Shown here piece after piece: positions 18,007-27,494 of a DNA stretch of 64,000 bases (the first letter of the stretch is position 1; each line of letters opens with the position of its first letter). The translations under genes were made by a program, and so were the position numbers. The DNA comes from an uncultured bacterium. Lineage in GTDB: Bacteria; Zixibacteria; MSB-5A5; GN15; FEB-12. Location: positions 32,001 to 96,000 of the forward strand of contig CBDVDR010000007.1 in assembly GCA_965372795.1 (NCBI GenBank), given 5' to 3'. Under the pieces are notes generated by a model. It was given only the letters and a program-made list of their open reading frames with translations, did no database searches and had not been told where the DNA came from.

Positions 18007-19392
18007 ATGAGCGAATTGAATTTTAGTTCAAGCCGAATCCTTGTAGTCGATGACGACCCTGATGTGCTTTTGGCGGCACGACTTCTGCTTAAGCAGCATG
18101 TCGCCGAGGTAGTCACCGAACCTGATCCCAATCGAATCCAAGAACATCTTGGCACGAGCGATTTTGATATCGTGATGTTGGATATGAATTTTACACGGGA
18201 TCAAACGAGCGGTGAAGAGGGGCTCCATTGGCTCAAGCAGATTTTGAAATGGGATCCCGAGATGGTCGTAGTAATGATCACTGCATACGGTGACGCCGAA
18301 ATTGCCGTTCACACGATCAAGAGCGGAGCGACTGATTTTGTTCTAAAGCCGTGGCAAAATGAAAAGCTGCTTGCCACGATGTTCTCCTCTCTGAAGCTTC
18401 ACCACTCACAAAAAGAGGTTGAGAATCTTAAGCAGTCTCGACGACAGTTAAGTGCCGACATGGATCAGCCGTTTGGGGATTTTATTGGTTCAAGTAAGGC
18501 AATGAAAGAGGTGATCGCCACTATCGCAAAGGTGGCGGTAACCGACGCGAACGTTTTGATAACAGGGGAGAACGGGACTGGTAAAGAATTGGCCGCAAGG
18601 GCAGTTTACCGACGATCGCTTCGTGCTGGTGAAGTATTTGTCAAAGTTGATATGGGATCAATAGCCGAGACGCTGTTTGAATCGGAGCTGTTTGGTCATG
18701 TAAAGGGAGCTTTCACCGATGCGAGAGAAGATCGCGCAGGCAGATTTGAGATTGCATCAGGGGGGACGCTTTTCCTCGACGAAATCGGAAATACTCCGAT
18801 CACACTACAGGCTAAACTATTGACCGTTTTGCAAAGTCGCCAGGTTACCAGAGTAGGTTCAAATAGTACAACACCAATTGATATTAGACTAATATCAGCC
18901 TCGAATATGCCGCTCGAGGAATTGGTCGAAAATAAGCTCTTTCGCCAGGATTTGCTCTATCGAATCAATACCATAGAGATTGTTTTACCGCCACTCAGAG
19001 AGAGGATTGATGATATTGATGATCTGGCAGAGTATTATCTCAAGATGTATGCGGGGAAATATAAGAAGAGCGTGAATGGTATCACGCCTGCTGGAATTAA
19101 TAAGCTCAAATGCCAACCCTGGCGCGGCAACATAAGAGAGCTTCAGCATACGCTCGAACGAGCGGTTATAATGAGCGAGTCGGATCAGTTGACACCGGAT
19201 GATTTCCCGTTTAGTCAAAGTGGTGATTTGGCTGACTCAAAACTTATGGCGAGTCATAATTTGGAAAAGATTGAGCGGACTATAATTGTTCGCGTACTCT
19301 CTTTGAATGACAACAATATCAGCCATGCTGCCGAAGTATTGGGACTCACACGCACATCACTTTATCGTCGTATGCAAAAACATGGTCTTTAA
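18007..19392 (+). CDS. Sigma54-dependent response regulator (NtrC family)
   Basis: Receiver domain, GENGTGKE, GAFTDA, C-terminal Fis HTH. Confidence 0.95.
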   Translation: MSELNFSSSRILVVDDDPDVLLAARLLLKQHVAEVVTEPDPNRIQEHLGTSDFDIVMLDMNFTRDQTSGEEGLHWLKQILKWDPEMVVVMITAYGDAEIAVHTIKSGATDFVLKPWQNEKLLATMFSSLKLHHSQKEVENLKQSRRQLSADMDQPFGDFIGSSKAMKEVIATIAKVAVTDANVLITGENGTGKELAARAVYRRSLRAGEVFVKVDMGSIAETLFESELFGHVKGAFTDAREDRAGRFEIASGGTLFLDEIGNTPITLQAKLLTVLQSRQVTRVGSNSTTPIDIRLISASNMPLEELVENKLFRQDLLYRINTIEIVLPPLRERIDDIDDLAEYYLKMYAGKYKKSVNGITPAGINKLKCQPWRGNIRELQHTLERAVIMSESDQLTPDDFPFSQSGDLADSKLMASHNLEKIERTIIVRVLSLNDNNISHAAEVLGLTRTSLYRRMQKHGL

Positions 19393-20728
19393 GCATTTTA
19401 GAATACAAATAATCTCGCGCGTTCTCATTTTATGTGTGACTATTTTGGCTGCAGCCTGGCTCCTGAGTGCAACTGAAAAGTATGCCACGACCGGGATGGT
19501 TATCCTATTGTTCATTCTACAGGTGATCTTTCTCATTCGATTTGTTGAAAAAACAAATCACACGATGGCAGAGTTCCTGCAAGCGATTGAATACGACGAT
19601 TTTACTCAGTCTTTCGGGAATGTTGCAAGCGGCAAATCGTTCGACGAGTTGAATCAGGCCTTTGTTAAAGTTTCTGCGAATTTCCGAGAGGTTCGTCTGG
19701 GGAGGGAGGAAAATTACAGATACTTGCAGACGGTCGTTCAGCATGTTGGAGTCGGCATGGTAGCATTTCAGGAGAGCGGAGAGGTCGAACTTTTTAACTC
19801 TACCGCCAAGAAGATACTGCAATTGGCTTCATTGAAGAATATCAATGACCTTAAAATGAAAAGTCCGGAACTTTTAGAACGTATTAAATTTCTCAATCCG
19901 GGAGAGCGCGATCTGGTTCGAGTCACAATTGATAAAAACTTGGTACAACTGTCTCTTTTTATGACTATCCTTAGGATGCGCAATCGCAAAATAACTCTGG
20001 TGTCGTTTCAGAATATCTCCGCTGAGCTTAACGAAAAAGAGATGCAGGCATGGCAGAATCTTATCAGGGTGTTCACTCACGAAATAAAAAACTCTTTGAC
20101 GCCGATCAGTTCTTTGGCTGGAACTATAGAAACTCTCTTAGTTCCAATTACGTCGCAACTAAACGTGAAGAATCGGGAGAGCATTACTGATATCTCCGAG
20201 GCTCTTACGACAATCAAGAGTCGTTCAGAAGGCTTACATGAGTTTATTAATGCTTATCGTGATCTGACAAACCTTCCCCAACCTGTGTTTGAATCGTTCA
20301 AGGTGACCTCTATGTTTGAGCGGGTTGGACAGCTTGTGAAAGATCAAATTCAATCTGGGGGGATTAATTACTGTGTAGAACTATCGAATCAAACCCTCTC
20401 GGTTACAGCAGACAGCAAAATGATCGAACAGGTGTTGATCAATCTGATCCTTAACTCAATCCAGGCTTTGAATGGATGTGAAAAACCGAAATTAAAAGTG
20501 TGTGGGTTTGTTGATTATCAGAATCGAGTAACAATTACTGTCGAAGACAATGGCCCGGGGATTGCGAATACGGCGATTGACAAAATATTCGTACCGTTTT
20601 TTACTACTAAGAAAACCGGCTCAGGAATTGGCCTAAGTCTGTCAAGGCAAATCATGCGTCTTCACAAAGGTGAACTAACTGTTTCGTCTGAACCAGATAA
20701 ACGCACAATCTTAACCATGCGCTTCTAA
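19382..20728 (+). CDS. Sensor histidine kinase (NtrY-like)
   Basis: Two TMs, PAS-like region, THEIKNSLTPI H-box, DNGPG and GSGIGL boxes. Confidence 0.93.
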   Translation: MVFKHFRIQIISRVLILCVTILAAAWLLSATEKYATTGMVILLFILQVIFLIRFVEKTNHTMAEFLQAIEYDDFTQSFGNVASGKSFDELNQAFVKVSANFREVRLGREENYRYLQTVVQHVGVGMVAFQESGEVELFNSTAKKILQLASLKNINDLKMKSPELLERIKFLNPGERDLVRVTIDKNLVQLSLFMTILRMRNRKITLVSFQNISAELNEKEMQAWQNLIRVFTHEIKNSLTPISSLAGTIETLLVPITSQLNVKNRESITDISEALTTIKSRSEGLHEFINAYRDLTNLPQPVFESFKVTSMFERVGQLVKDQIQSGGINYCVELSNQTLSVTADSKMIEQVLINLILNSIQALNGCEKPKLKVCGFVDYQNRVTITVEDNGPGIANTAIDKIFVPFFTTKKTGSGIGLSLSRQIMRLHKGELTVSSEPDKRTILTMRF

Positions 20729-21109
20729 GATGACCATTTGAGCCACAATTGATTATCTGCTTAGGAATTCTCTGCCAGCATAATCACGACAAGATGCAAT
20801 AAAATCTACCATAAAGCCTGTGCTATTTAAATACCGTTTCAACATTCTTGAATTCAGTTTCCATCTGACATAAAGAAAAATGTGTCTTAGATTTCAACTA
20901 CACTTGTCCGGATTGTTTGAAGACATTCAATTCTTTATTCCTAAATTTCATTATATCAACTATGCTTATGCCGCAGTTCTAAATTAGTCCACGATGGCCC
21001 GCCATTATATTTATTATTTCCGAATAGTGGTTCAAATCCTTTTGCTTGCCATATGTGTCCCTAATTTAAAAGGATATTGAAGTAATAACATTGTTAGAAT
21101 ACATCAAAA

Positions 21110-21195
21110 AGTTGCGAAATTCGTCTAATTGGGGGAGCTTTATAATCATAAAAATTTGAACCACTTACACAATAGCTTTATCGCACATTCGAACT
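21110..21195 (+). repeat. att site 3: arm + GA core (21135-21136) + IHF-like box + degenerate arm
   Basis: AGTTGCGAAATTCGTCTAATTGGGGGAGCTT ... TGAACCACTTAC ... TTCGAACT. Confidence 0.8.
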
Positions 21196-21291
21196 TTAAG
21201 CCACTCTTTCTCGTTATTCCACTATCAGTTAAGGAAAGTTGTATAGCTTTTTAACAGCTTGTACTTTTACTCTTTAATCCTGTTCAATAAA

Positions 21292-21308
21292 TAGACTTGA
21301 CAAGTCTA
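21292..21308 (+). promoter_or_regulatory. TTGACA -35 inside a perfect 8-1-8 palindrome (putative operator)
   Basis: TAGACTTG-A-CAAGTCTA. Confidence 0.5.
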
Positions 21309-21388
21309 CGCATTTTTTTAATTTAACTTTGTACTTATAAAATACTACTCAATTTTTTATAAATCGAAAACAGATGAAAGGTTTTAAT

Positions 21389-22159
21389 ATGAAGTACTTA
21401 TTTATTCTTGTTGTTCTTTGCCTGCTGATAATTGGCTGTTCTGATAATCCCGTCAAAAGCAGTAACGGTTTTATTTCCGTAGAATCCTTTGATGCTCCTG
21501 CTCCGGAAGGCATTGAGCATTTATATTTACATGTTCTTGAAGTATCAACTCATCATTCAGATGACGGTTGGATAGTTTTATCGGAACCTGATACGGTCAT
21601 CGATTATATGGAATTGATAAACGGTATAACTGTTTTGTTAGCCGATAGCGTTTCTCTCCCTGTTGGTGACTACGAGCAAATGAGACTGTTGTTGTCTGAC
21701 TCCAATGAAATTGTTATTGAAGGCACAACTTATGACTTAACTACGCCAAGTGCGCAACAATCCGGGATTAAACTCAATCTGAATTTTTCTGTTGAAGAGA
21801 ACCAACTGATAGAAATCTATGTTGATTTTGATATTTCAAAATCAGTTATCAGTGCCTCATCAAAGTATATACTCACTCCGACATTCCGTGCTTTCAAACA
21901 AATTTTATCTGGCACTATTGCCGGAACAGTCGTTGATGCTCTTGGCGACCCGCTTGAAAATATAACGATTGACGTTGCTGGAGTAGAATATGCAACATCA
22001 ACAATTACTGATGCTGAAGGCAATTATCTTTTGATACTTCCTGAAGATACCTATGATATTACTGCAACAGCTGAAAATCTGACAGCTAATAAGACTTATA
22101 CCGGCGTAGAGTTAAATCCTCTTGATGAATTGACAGGATTTGATTTTATAATGGAATAA
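21389..22159 (+). CDS. DUF4382-like lipoprotein with a C-terminal carboxypeptidase-regulatory-like Ig domain
   Basis: Lipobox IIGC; DAP..., GDYEQMRL, TPSAQQSGIKL, VDFDISKS; GTIAGTV...G.Y. Confidence 0.8.
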   Translation: MKYLFILVVLCLLIIGCSDNPVKSSNGFISVESFDAPAPEGIEHLYLHVLEVSTHHSDDGWIVLSEPDTVIDYMELINGITVLLADSVSLPVGDYEQMRLLLSDSNEIVIEGTTYDLTTPSAQQSGIKLNLNFSVEENQLIEIYVDFDISKSVISASSKYILTPTFRAFKQILSGTIAGTVVDALGDPLENITIDVAGVEYATSTITDAEGNYLLILPEDTYDITATAENLTANKTYTGVELNPLDELTGFDFIME

Positions 22160-22177
22160 TGATAAAAATAATAGATC

Positions 22178-22206
22178 AAACCGCCTGATTTTCAGGCGGT
22201 TTTTTT
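22178..22206 (+). terminator. Intrinsic terminator
   Basis: ACCGCCTGA-TTT-TCAGGCGGT followed by a T run. Confidence 0.85.
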
Positions 22207-22325
22207 GTCAATTAATATAAAAGCTAAACTCTTTGATTGTTGATCAGGTTACCTATAAGAGAAGAGCAAACTTCATCCACAATTTCTTAGATTTTCTCAA
22301 AAAAACTGCTGATCGTTGCTCAACC

Positions 22326-22356
22326 AGTTACAAAACTCGTCCAATTGGGGGAGCTT
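22326..22356 (+). repeat. att site 4 (distal attR-like end of the array), GA core at 22351-22352
   Basis: AGTTACAAAACTCGTCCAATTGGGGGAGCTT; not followed by the IHF box or inverted arm. Confidence 0.8.
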
Positions 22357-22515
22357 TTGACCGCACACACAATGTGTTTTTTTATTGCAAATTCAGACAA
22401 AACATTATTGATTTTAAAATCAATATTAAATGACAAACCAGTATAATATTCTGTATTTTGTCGAAACCACATCGGTTTCGACCTACCAAAACTTCTAAAA
22501 CTGTGAGTTTGTATT

Positions 22516-24339
22516 ATGAATACAATGATTAGGTTTCCGTCAATCAGTCTTTTATTCAACGGCATAGCTACAACGTTCATGCGTTTTCCTTTCGTTCTCT
22601 TAAGCGCCATAGTGGGGACGATTGCCGCTATTAACCTTGTAGATTTCACCAAAGCACCCGATGAGTTTGTTCTGCAAAAGGTGCTGATGGCTGCTGTACT
22701 GGGTCTGTCGCTGTTTATAGCTCTGGCCGTATTTTCAGAAAAACAACAGTTAAGTAGAGGAATCTCCTTAACACTTAAGCTGGGCGGAGTGCTTCTGCTG
22801 GTGGCCTATTATTTTTCGCTGCCCGATCTCGTAAATAACCCGGAGATTCATCTCATACGCTTTATGCTTCTGAATGTCGGTTTACATTTTCTGGTGGCAT
22901 CCCTACCCTTCATCGGAGGAAATCAGATCTGCGGTTTCTGGCAATTCAACCTGTCACTGTTCCTGCGGTTCCTGATCGCAGCCCTCTACTCATCCGTGAT
23001 GTACATCGGTTTGATGATTGCCCTGGCCTCGGCTGACCATCTCTTCGGTTTTGATGTTAAGGAGGAACGTTATTTACAACTATGGATAATCGTTGCAGGG
23101 ATTTTTAATACCTGGATATTCTTAGCCGGAGTACCTCGTAACCTTGAGGAATTGAACAGTTCTGACAAATACCCCAAAGGATTGATGGTTTTTACTCGAT
23201 ATATCCTGCTTCCACTGGTGGCTTTGTATTTTATCATCCTGTTCAGTTACGAGATGAAAATAATCTTCACTTGGAACTGGCCCAAAGGCTGGGTGTCACA
23301 GCTTGTCCTTTGGTATTCGGTTGTTGGCATTCTTTCCCTGTTGCTTTTGTATCCGCTTAGAGAGCGAGTTGGAAACCTGTGGATCAAAATGTTTTCCAAG
23401 TGGTTTTTCCGCGCCTTAATTCCGCTGGTCGTGATGCTCTTTCTAGCCATAATCAGGCGAATTTCAGACTATGGTATCACCGAGAGTCGTTACTTTGTGT
23501 TGGCTATGGCGATTGGGCTCTTCGTAGTTGTTATCTATTTCATATTTAGCAAAGTCAAAGATATCAGGATTATTCCACTTGTTATTTGTGTCTGTGCGCT
23601 TCTTTCTGCATATGGTCCGTGGTCGGCTTTTTCGGTTTCAAAGAAAAGTCAGCAAGAACGACTGGAGGATATTCTGATTGAGAACAAAATTGTGGTTGAT
23701 GGATCAACACATGAAGCTCTCAGTGACTTGCCTCTTGAGGATAGAAAAGAGATGAGCAGTATTATCAAATACCTAACTGATGTACATGGTGTCGAGTCGT
23801 TCAATAAATGGTTTTCTGGCACGGACATAGACTCATTAAAACCCACACCTGATTATACTATAGAGCATCAAATTGCAGGCATGATGGGTTTTGAGTATAT
23901 TTCCCGCTTTGGTCAATCAGGTTCTAAAGAATTTTTCAGGTTTAACACAACGGGCAGGTCTGCTGTGAATATCGAAGGTTATGATTATCTTGTAAGGTTT
24001 GACTGGGTTCCCAAGCATGATTCTATAGAAGTAATAATGTTAGGCGATGATTCATGCTTCATGCGATTTTATCAGGATCAATCCGTTTTCACATTGTCAC
24101 TTGATAATGATTCCACAAGTTTTGAAAATATTACTAAACTTTCACTTAATGAACAGTTTTCAGAATTGTTGACTACTACTAGCAACGAAAATTTGGAGCA
24201 GGATCAATTAACATTTAAGTTTTCAGGTGGCAATATTGATGCTGTGGCAGTAATCTACTTTATCAGTGGATTCAAATGGAACGATTCACTGGAAATCAAC
24301 AACATGAGCATGCAAGTAGTATTGCGTAAACAAAATTAA
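22516..24339 (+). CDS. Multi-TM membrane protein (DUF4153-like)
   Basis: RFP start, many TMs, WNWPKGWVS, RISDYGITESRY, GPWSAF. Confidence 0.75.
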   Translation: MNTMIRFPSISLLFNGIATTFMRFPFVLLSAIVGTIAAINLVDFTKAPDEFVLQKVLMAAVLGLSLFIALAVFSEKQQLSRGISLTLKLGGVLLLVAYYFSLPDLVNNPEIHLIRFMLLNVGLHFLVASLPFIGGNQICGFWQFNLSLFLRFLIAALYSSVMYIGLMIALASADHLFGFDVKEERYLQLWIIVAGIFNTWIFLAGVPRNLEELNSSDKYPKGLMVFTRYILLPLVALYFIILFSYEMKIIFTWNWPKGWVSQLVLWYSVVGILSLLLLYPLRERVGNLWIKMFSKWFFRALIPLVVMLFLAIIRRISDYGITESRYFVLAMAIGLFVVVIYFIFSKVKDIRIIPLVICVCALLSAYGPWSAFSVSKKSQQERLEDILIENKIVVDGSTHEALSDLPLEDRKEMSSIIKYLTDVHGVESFNKWFSGTDIDSLKPTPDYTIEHQIAGMMGFEYISRFGQSGSKEFFRFNTTGRSAVNIEGYDYLVRFDWVPKHDSIEVIMLGDDSCFMRFYQDQSVFTLSLDNDSTSFENITKLSLNEQFSELLTTTSNENLEQDQLTFKFSGGNIDAVAVIYFISGFKWNDSLEINNMSMQVVLRKQN

Positions 24340-24375
24340 TTGTTCTTTGCTCGTTTTATTTTAATAGCTGCTAAC

Positions 24376-26727
24376 CTACGGAATATACGGGATAGCACCC
24401 ATGTCATTTCGCGAATTATCAGGGTCGTTATACATCGGATCAGGGTCACCTGTATTTATGCAGGGTGATAAAGGTTGCAGTCCATAATCAAACAGCATAG
24501 GATCGTCAAACAGTGGATCTGAAATGATATTCCCCACTCCGGCAGTTGCTCCACCATACGGACTCGGGCTGTCCCAGATGCAGTTGTACCTGAGTCTATC
24601 CGGATTGTAGACACCTTTTATTGCAGCGATTGTACCACCCACAATAATATTATTGAATACCTGAGGGGTGCCATTAACTGTTGAAATGCCTATTCGACCG
24701 GGACTTATAATAGTGTTGTTGTGGATGCTCGCAGTATAACCCAAGTCAACTCTGATTTCCCCGTAAGCATAATTGTTATATATCAAATTATAGCTGATCG
24801 TCACACCGTGACCAAAATCAAGAAGCACAGCACCGCCATAACCAACCGGTAAACTTTGATTATCATAGATTATATTGCGTGTTACGATAGAGTAATTACA
24901 ATTGGATATAGTAACACCACCTCCGTAGTGATGATCCGAACTGGAATTATTATGCATGATATTCCCTTCAATTCGTACCGTTGTCGCACGACAATAAATC
25001 CCTGAAAGACCGCCTCCGGAGATGTCAAATCCTTCAATCACCGAACCGACCGGTTCAAGACTATTCAAACTTATGACCGGCAGGGTGTTGTCAGAGGCTA
25101 CCAAAAATGTCTCATACGGACCGTTCTCACTAAGAAGAATAAGTTGTTTGCGAATGAAATTTATTGTCTCTACATACGTTCCCGGCGCTACAAGAATAGT
25201 ATCCCCGTCAAAGGCGTCGTTAATAGCCGACTGGATGGTCGAATACTGGGATGGCACTCTCCTTGGCGCTGGTCGGTATGAAGGACATACCGGAAGATCG
25301 GCACCGTTTAAGAACAAATAACTCACCAAATAAGTAACATCACTAATATTTACTTTGTCATCGGAACTGCCATTGACATTGGCTTCTTCCAAACAGCATA
25401 TGTCATCACCATTCAAATACAACCATTCAATAAGCCTGGTCAGATCAGAAATAGTAACATCTTCCTGATCATCACAGTTAACATTACCGGTGAAGTCTTC
25501 GCAACAACTTGCACAAACATCTCCAGTACCGTCTCCTTCAGAGTCAAGCTGGTCGGGATTGAAATCCTCAGGACAGTTATCAATCGGGCAGGTTGAAGCC
25601 AAAAAGCCCGGGTCACCAAATCCATCACCGTCCGTATCGGTACACTCGTCACATTCATCACCGATTCCGTCGTTATCAGCGTCACTTTGAGAGTTATTAG
25701 CTATCTCCGGACAGTTATCACAAATATCACCTCTACCGTCATTGTCAATATCCTCCTGCAGAGGGTTAGTCTGGTCGGGACAATTATCGCAGGCATCACC
25801 AAAATCATCTGAATCTGAATTTGTCTGGTTGCTGTTAAATGAATCGGGACAGTTATCACACAGATCGCCATTGCCATCATTGTCAATATCGTTCTGAGAC
25901 GGGTTTGAATCGGCGGGGCAGTTATCACAAACATCTCCATACTCATCACCGTCACTGTCGCTCTGTGATGGATTAGCATCTTCGGGACAGTTGTCGCATA
26001 GATCGCCATACCCATCTATATCACCATCAGTTTGTGCATTATTTGAATTTTCCGGACAGTTATCGCACAGATCGCCAATATTATCAAAATCGATATCAGC
26101 TTGGTCGGGGTTATAGTCGTTCTGGCAGTTGTCACACATTCCGGCAAACCCATCTCCATCCGGGTCGCTTTGTCCGGCACACTTGTCAATCAAAAAACAG
26201 TGCGGTCCGTCCCAATCAGGGTTAACATCTCCAGTATTAGTTGACCAGGTCCAGTTTCCCGCCGGAGGATAATGGCTCGAATCAAGACATATCTGCTTAT
26301 CGTGAAAGATAGTATCAATAGGGCCAACCGAAATCGTGTAAACAATTTCGTTGAATCCATCAGGAATGCCCGTTTCGAATATTAGAAATCCGCCAAACCC
26401 AATCGTATCCGCTCCAATTCCATCATTACTGAATTCATTTATGAAAGTCTGAGTATACATTTCGGATGTTATGACACCCGTCTCAGTCGCCGTCGTAGCA
26501 CTCCATTGAGCATCGTCCGGGGAGTAAACTCTGAAGCCAATTGTATGACCCTTGATGTTCTCACCAGAATTATTGATCATTCGGATGTGGAAAGCGATTG
26601 TTTCATTAGTGCCAACATGATCTCCCGCGTATGAACCATCGACATGATCAAGTGACATCCAGTTTTGAGCGGCAAGGCTCACAGAGAGACTAAGCATAAG
26701 CATGGTAGATAAAATTAAGCGAATCAT
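24376..26727 (-). CDS. Secreted modular protein: thrombospondin type-3 repeats, dockerin-like domain, beta-helix
   Basis: Signal peptide; repeated DxDxDGxGDxCDNCP; CC..FTGNVNCD...TISDL..LI..L; VPSQYSTIQSAI...DTILVAPGTY. Confidence 0.85.
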   Translation of the reverse strand: MIRLILSTMLMLSLSVSLAAQNWMSLDHVDGSYAGDHVGTNETIAFHIRMINNSGENIKGHTIGFRVYSPDDAQWSATTATETGVITSEMYTQTFINEFSNDGIGADTIGFGGFLIFETGIPDGFNEIVYTISVGPIDTIFHDKQICLDSSHYPPAGNWTWSTNTGDVNPDWDGPHCFLIDKCAGQSDPDGDGFAGMCDNCQNDYNPDQADIDFDNIGDLCDNCPENSNNAQTDGDIDGYGDLCDNCPEDANPSQSDSDGDEYGDVCDNCPADSNPSQNDIDNDGNGDLCDNCPDSFNSNQTNSDSDDFGDACDNCPDQTNPLQEDIDNDGRGDICDNCPEIANNSQSDADNDGIGDECDECTDTDGDGFGDPGFLASTCPIDNCPEDFNPDQLDSEGDGTGDVCASCCEDFTGNVNCDDQEDVTISDLTRLIEWLYLNGDDICCLEEANVNGSSDDKVNISDVTYLVSYLFLNGADLPVCPSYRPAPRRVPSQYSTIQSAINDAFDGDTILVAPGTYVETINFIRKQLILLSENGPYETFLVASDNTLPVISLNSLEPVGSVIEGFDISGGGLSGIYCRATTVRIEGNIMHNNSSSDHHYGGGVTISNCNYSIVTRNIIYDNQSLPVGYGGAVLLDFGHGVTISYNLIYNNYAYGEIRVDLGYTASIHNNTIISPGRIGISTVNGTPQVFNNIIVGGTIAAIKGVYNPDRLRYNCIWDSPSPYGGATAGVGNIISDPLFDDPMLFDYGLQPLSPCINTGDPDPMYNDPDNSRNDMGAIPYIP

Positions 26728-27324
26728 AAAGCATCCTCCACGAAACATAACTGATTTCATTATAATCGTACAGCTATCCCGGGTTTTACATATACAAGTT
26801 TTAAAAATTCAGTTTATCCCTTACTATAATTTTAAATATATATAAATATCTACGAATGAGCAATAATTTTATCGTTCCCAAAATAGCAAATCTATTTTTT
26901 TTCAAACAACAATAAAAATTTTCAACGACCCATATAAATCCAATTTAATTCACTTCTTTCAAAATTGTTCAGTTGTTAAAAGTCAGAGCTTATCGAGATA
27001 GAAGCGACCTTCACCGAAGTTGTAATTTGGTTTCCAACATGAACGATGTGCATGCCGATGCGTTCAGGGTCAAAATAATTGACAACAGTAGTGCTAATCC
27101 TAACCAGTAATTTATTCTTTTGCTCACAAATACAACCTTTCGAATTATATAAATACACTTAGATATATTTATTCACTCCTTTATATGGACCTGCAAGACT
27201 CTTATAAGTTGCCAGCTGCAATTTCAATATTCCAAGGAAGTTTAAATTGCTCATTAATCTTTGACTGCATCGGCTGTTTATGATCTCTCTAACCCCCTAC
27301 GTACAACAAACTTAAAGATTTCGA

Positions 27325-27352
27325 TTGACAAAATTTAAAAAATCCCTATAAT
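27325..27352 (+). promoter_or_regulatory. Consensus sigma70 promoter of typA
   Basis: TTGACA-N16-TATAAT. Confidence 0.8.
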
Positions 27353-27494
27353 AGTCGGGCTTTTAGTATTTTCCGGGCAGTTAAAATTCTGTTCGGATTT
27401 TTTTCTGCCAGATAATTCCTGAAAGTTTAATTGGTAGATTTTTTTGAAATTTATTTTAAGCAGGTTTTCTGCTCTTTGAAAGGTGTATTTTTTA

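Larger units (their letters stand above)
12605..21136. mobile_element. Unit 3: integrase-less cassette (8530 bp) with ABC exporter and sigma54 two-component system
   Basis: Bounded by att sites 2 and 3; visibly more GC-rich than flanking DNA. Confidence 0.7.
21135..22352. mobile_element. Unit 4: single-gene cassette (1216 bp) with its own promoter and terminator
   Basis: Bounded by att sites 3 and 4. Confidence 0.7.

Noticed and set aside
18703..18714. AAGGGAGCTTTC resembling the att core
   Set aside because: It encodes the conserved KGAFT motif of the sigma54 activator and has no flanking arm
11730..22356. CRISPR array or classical integron explanation for the ~30-bp repeats
   Set aside because: Spacing is 0.8-8.5 kb with whole genes between repeats; there are no cas genes, no tyrosine IntI and no RYYYAAC/GTTRRRY attC ends; the core matches the tRNA 3' end
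26940..27310. Possible decayed gene(s) upstream of typA (also 30400-30700)
   Set aside because: Short frames with no family I can recognise; a translated search is needed
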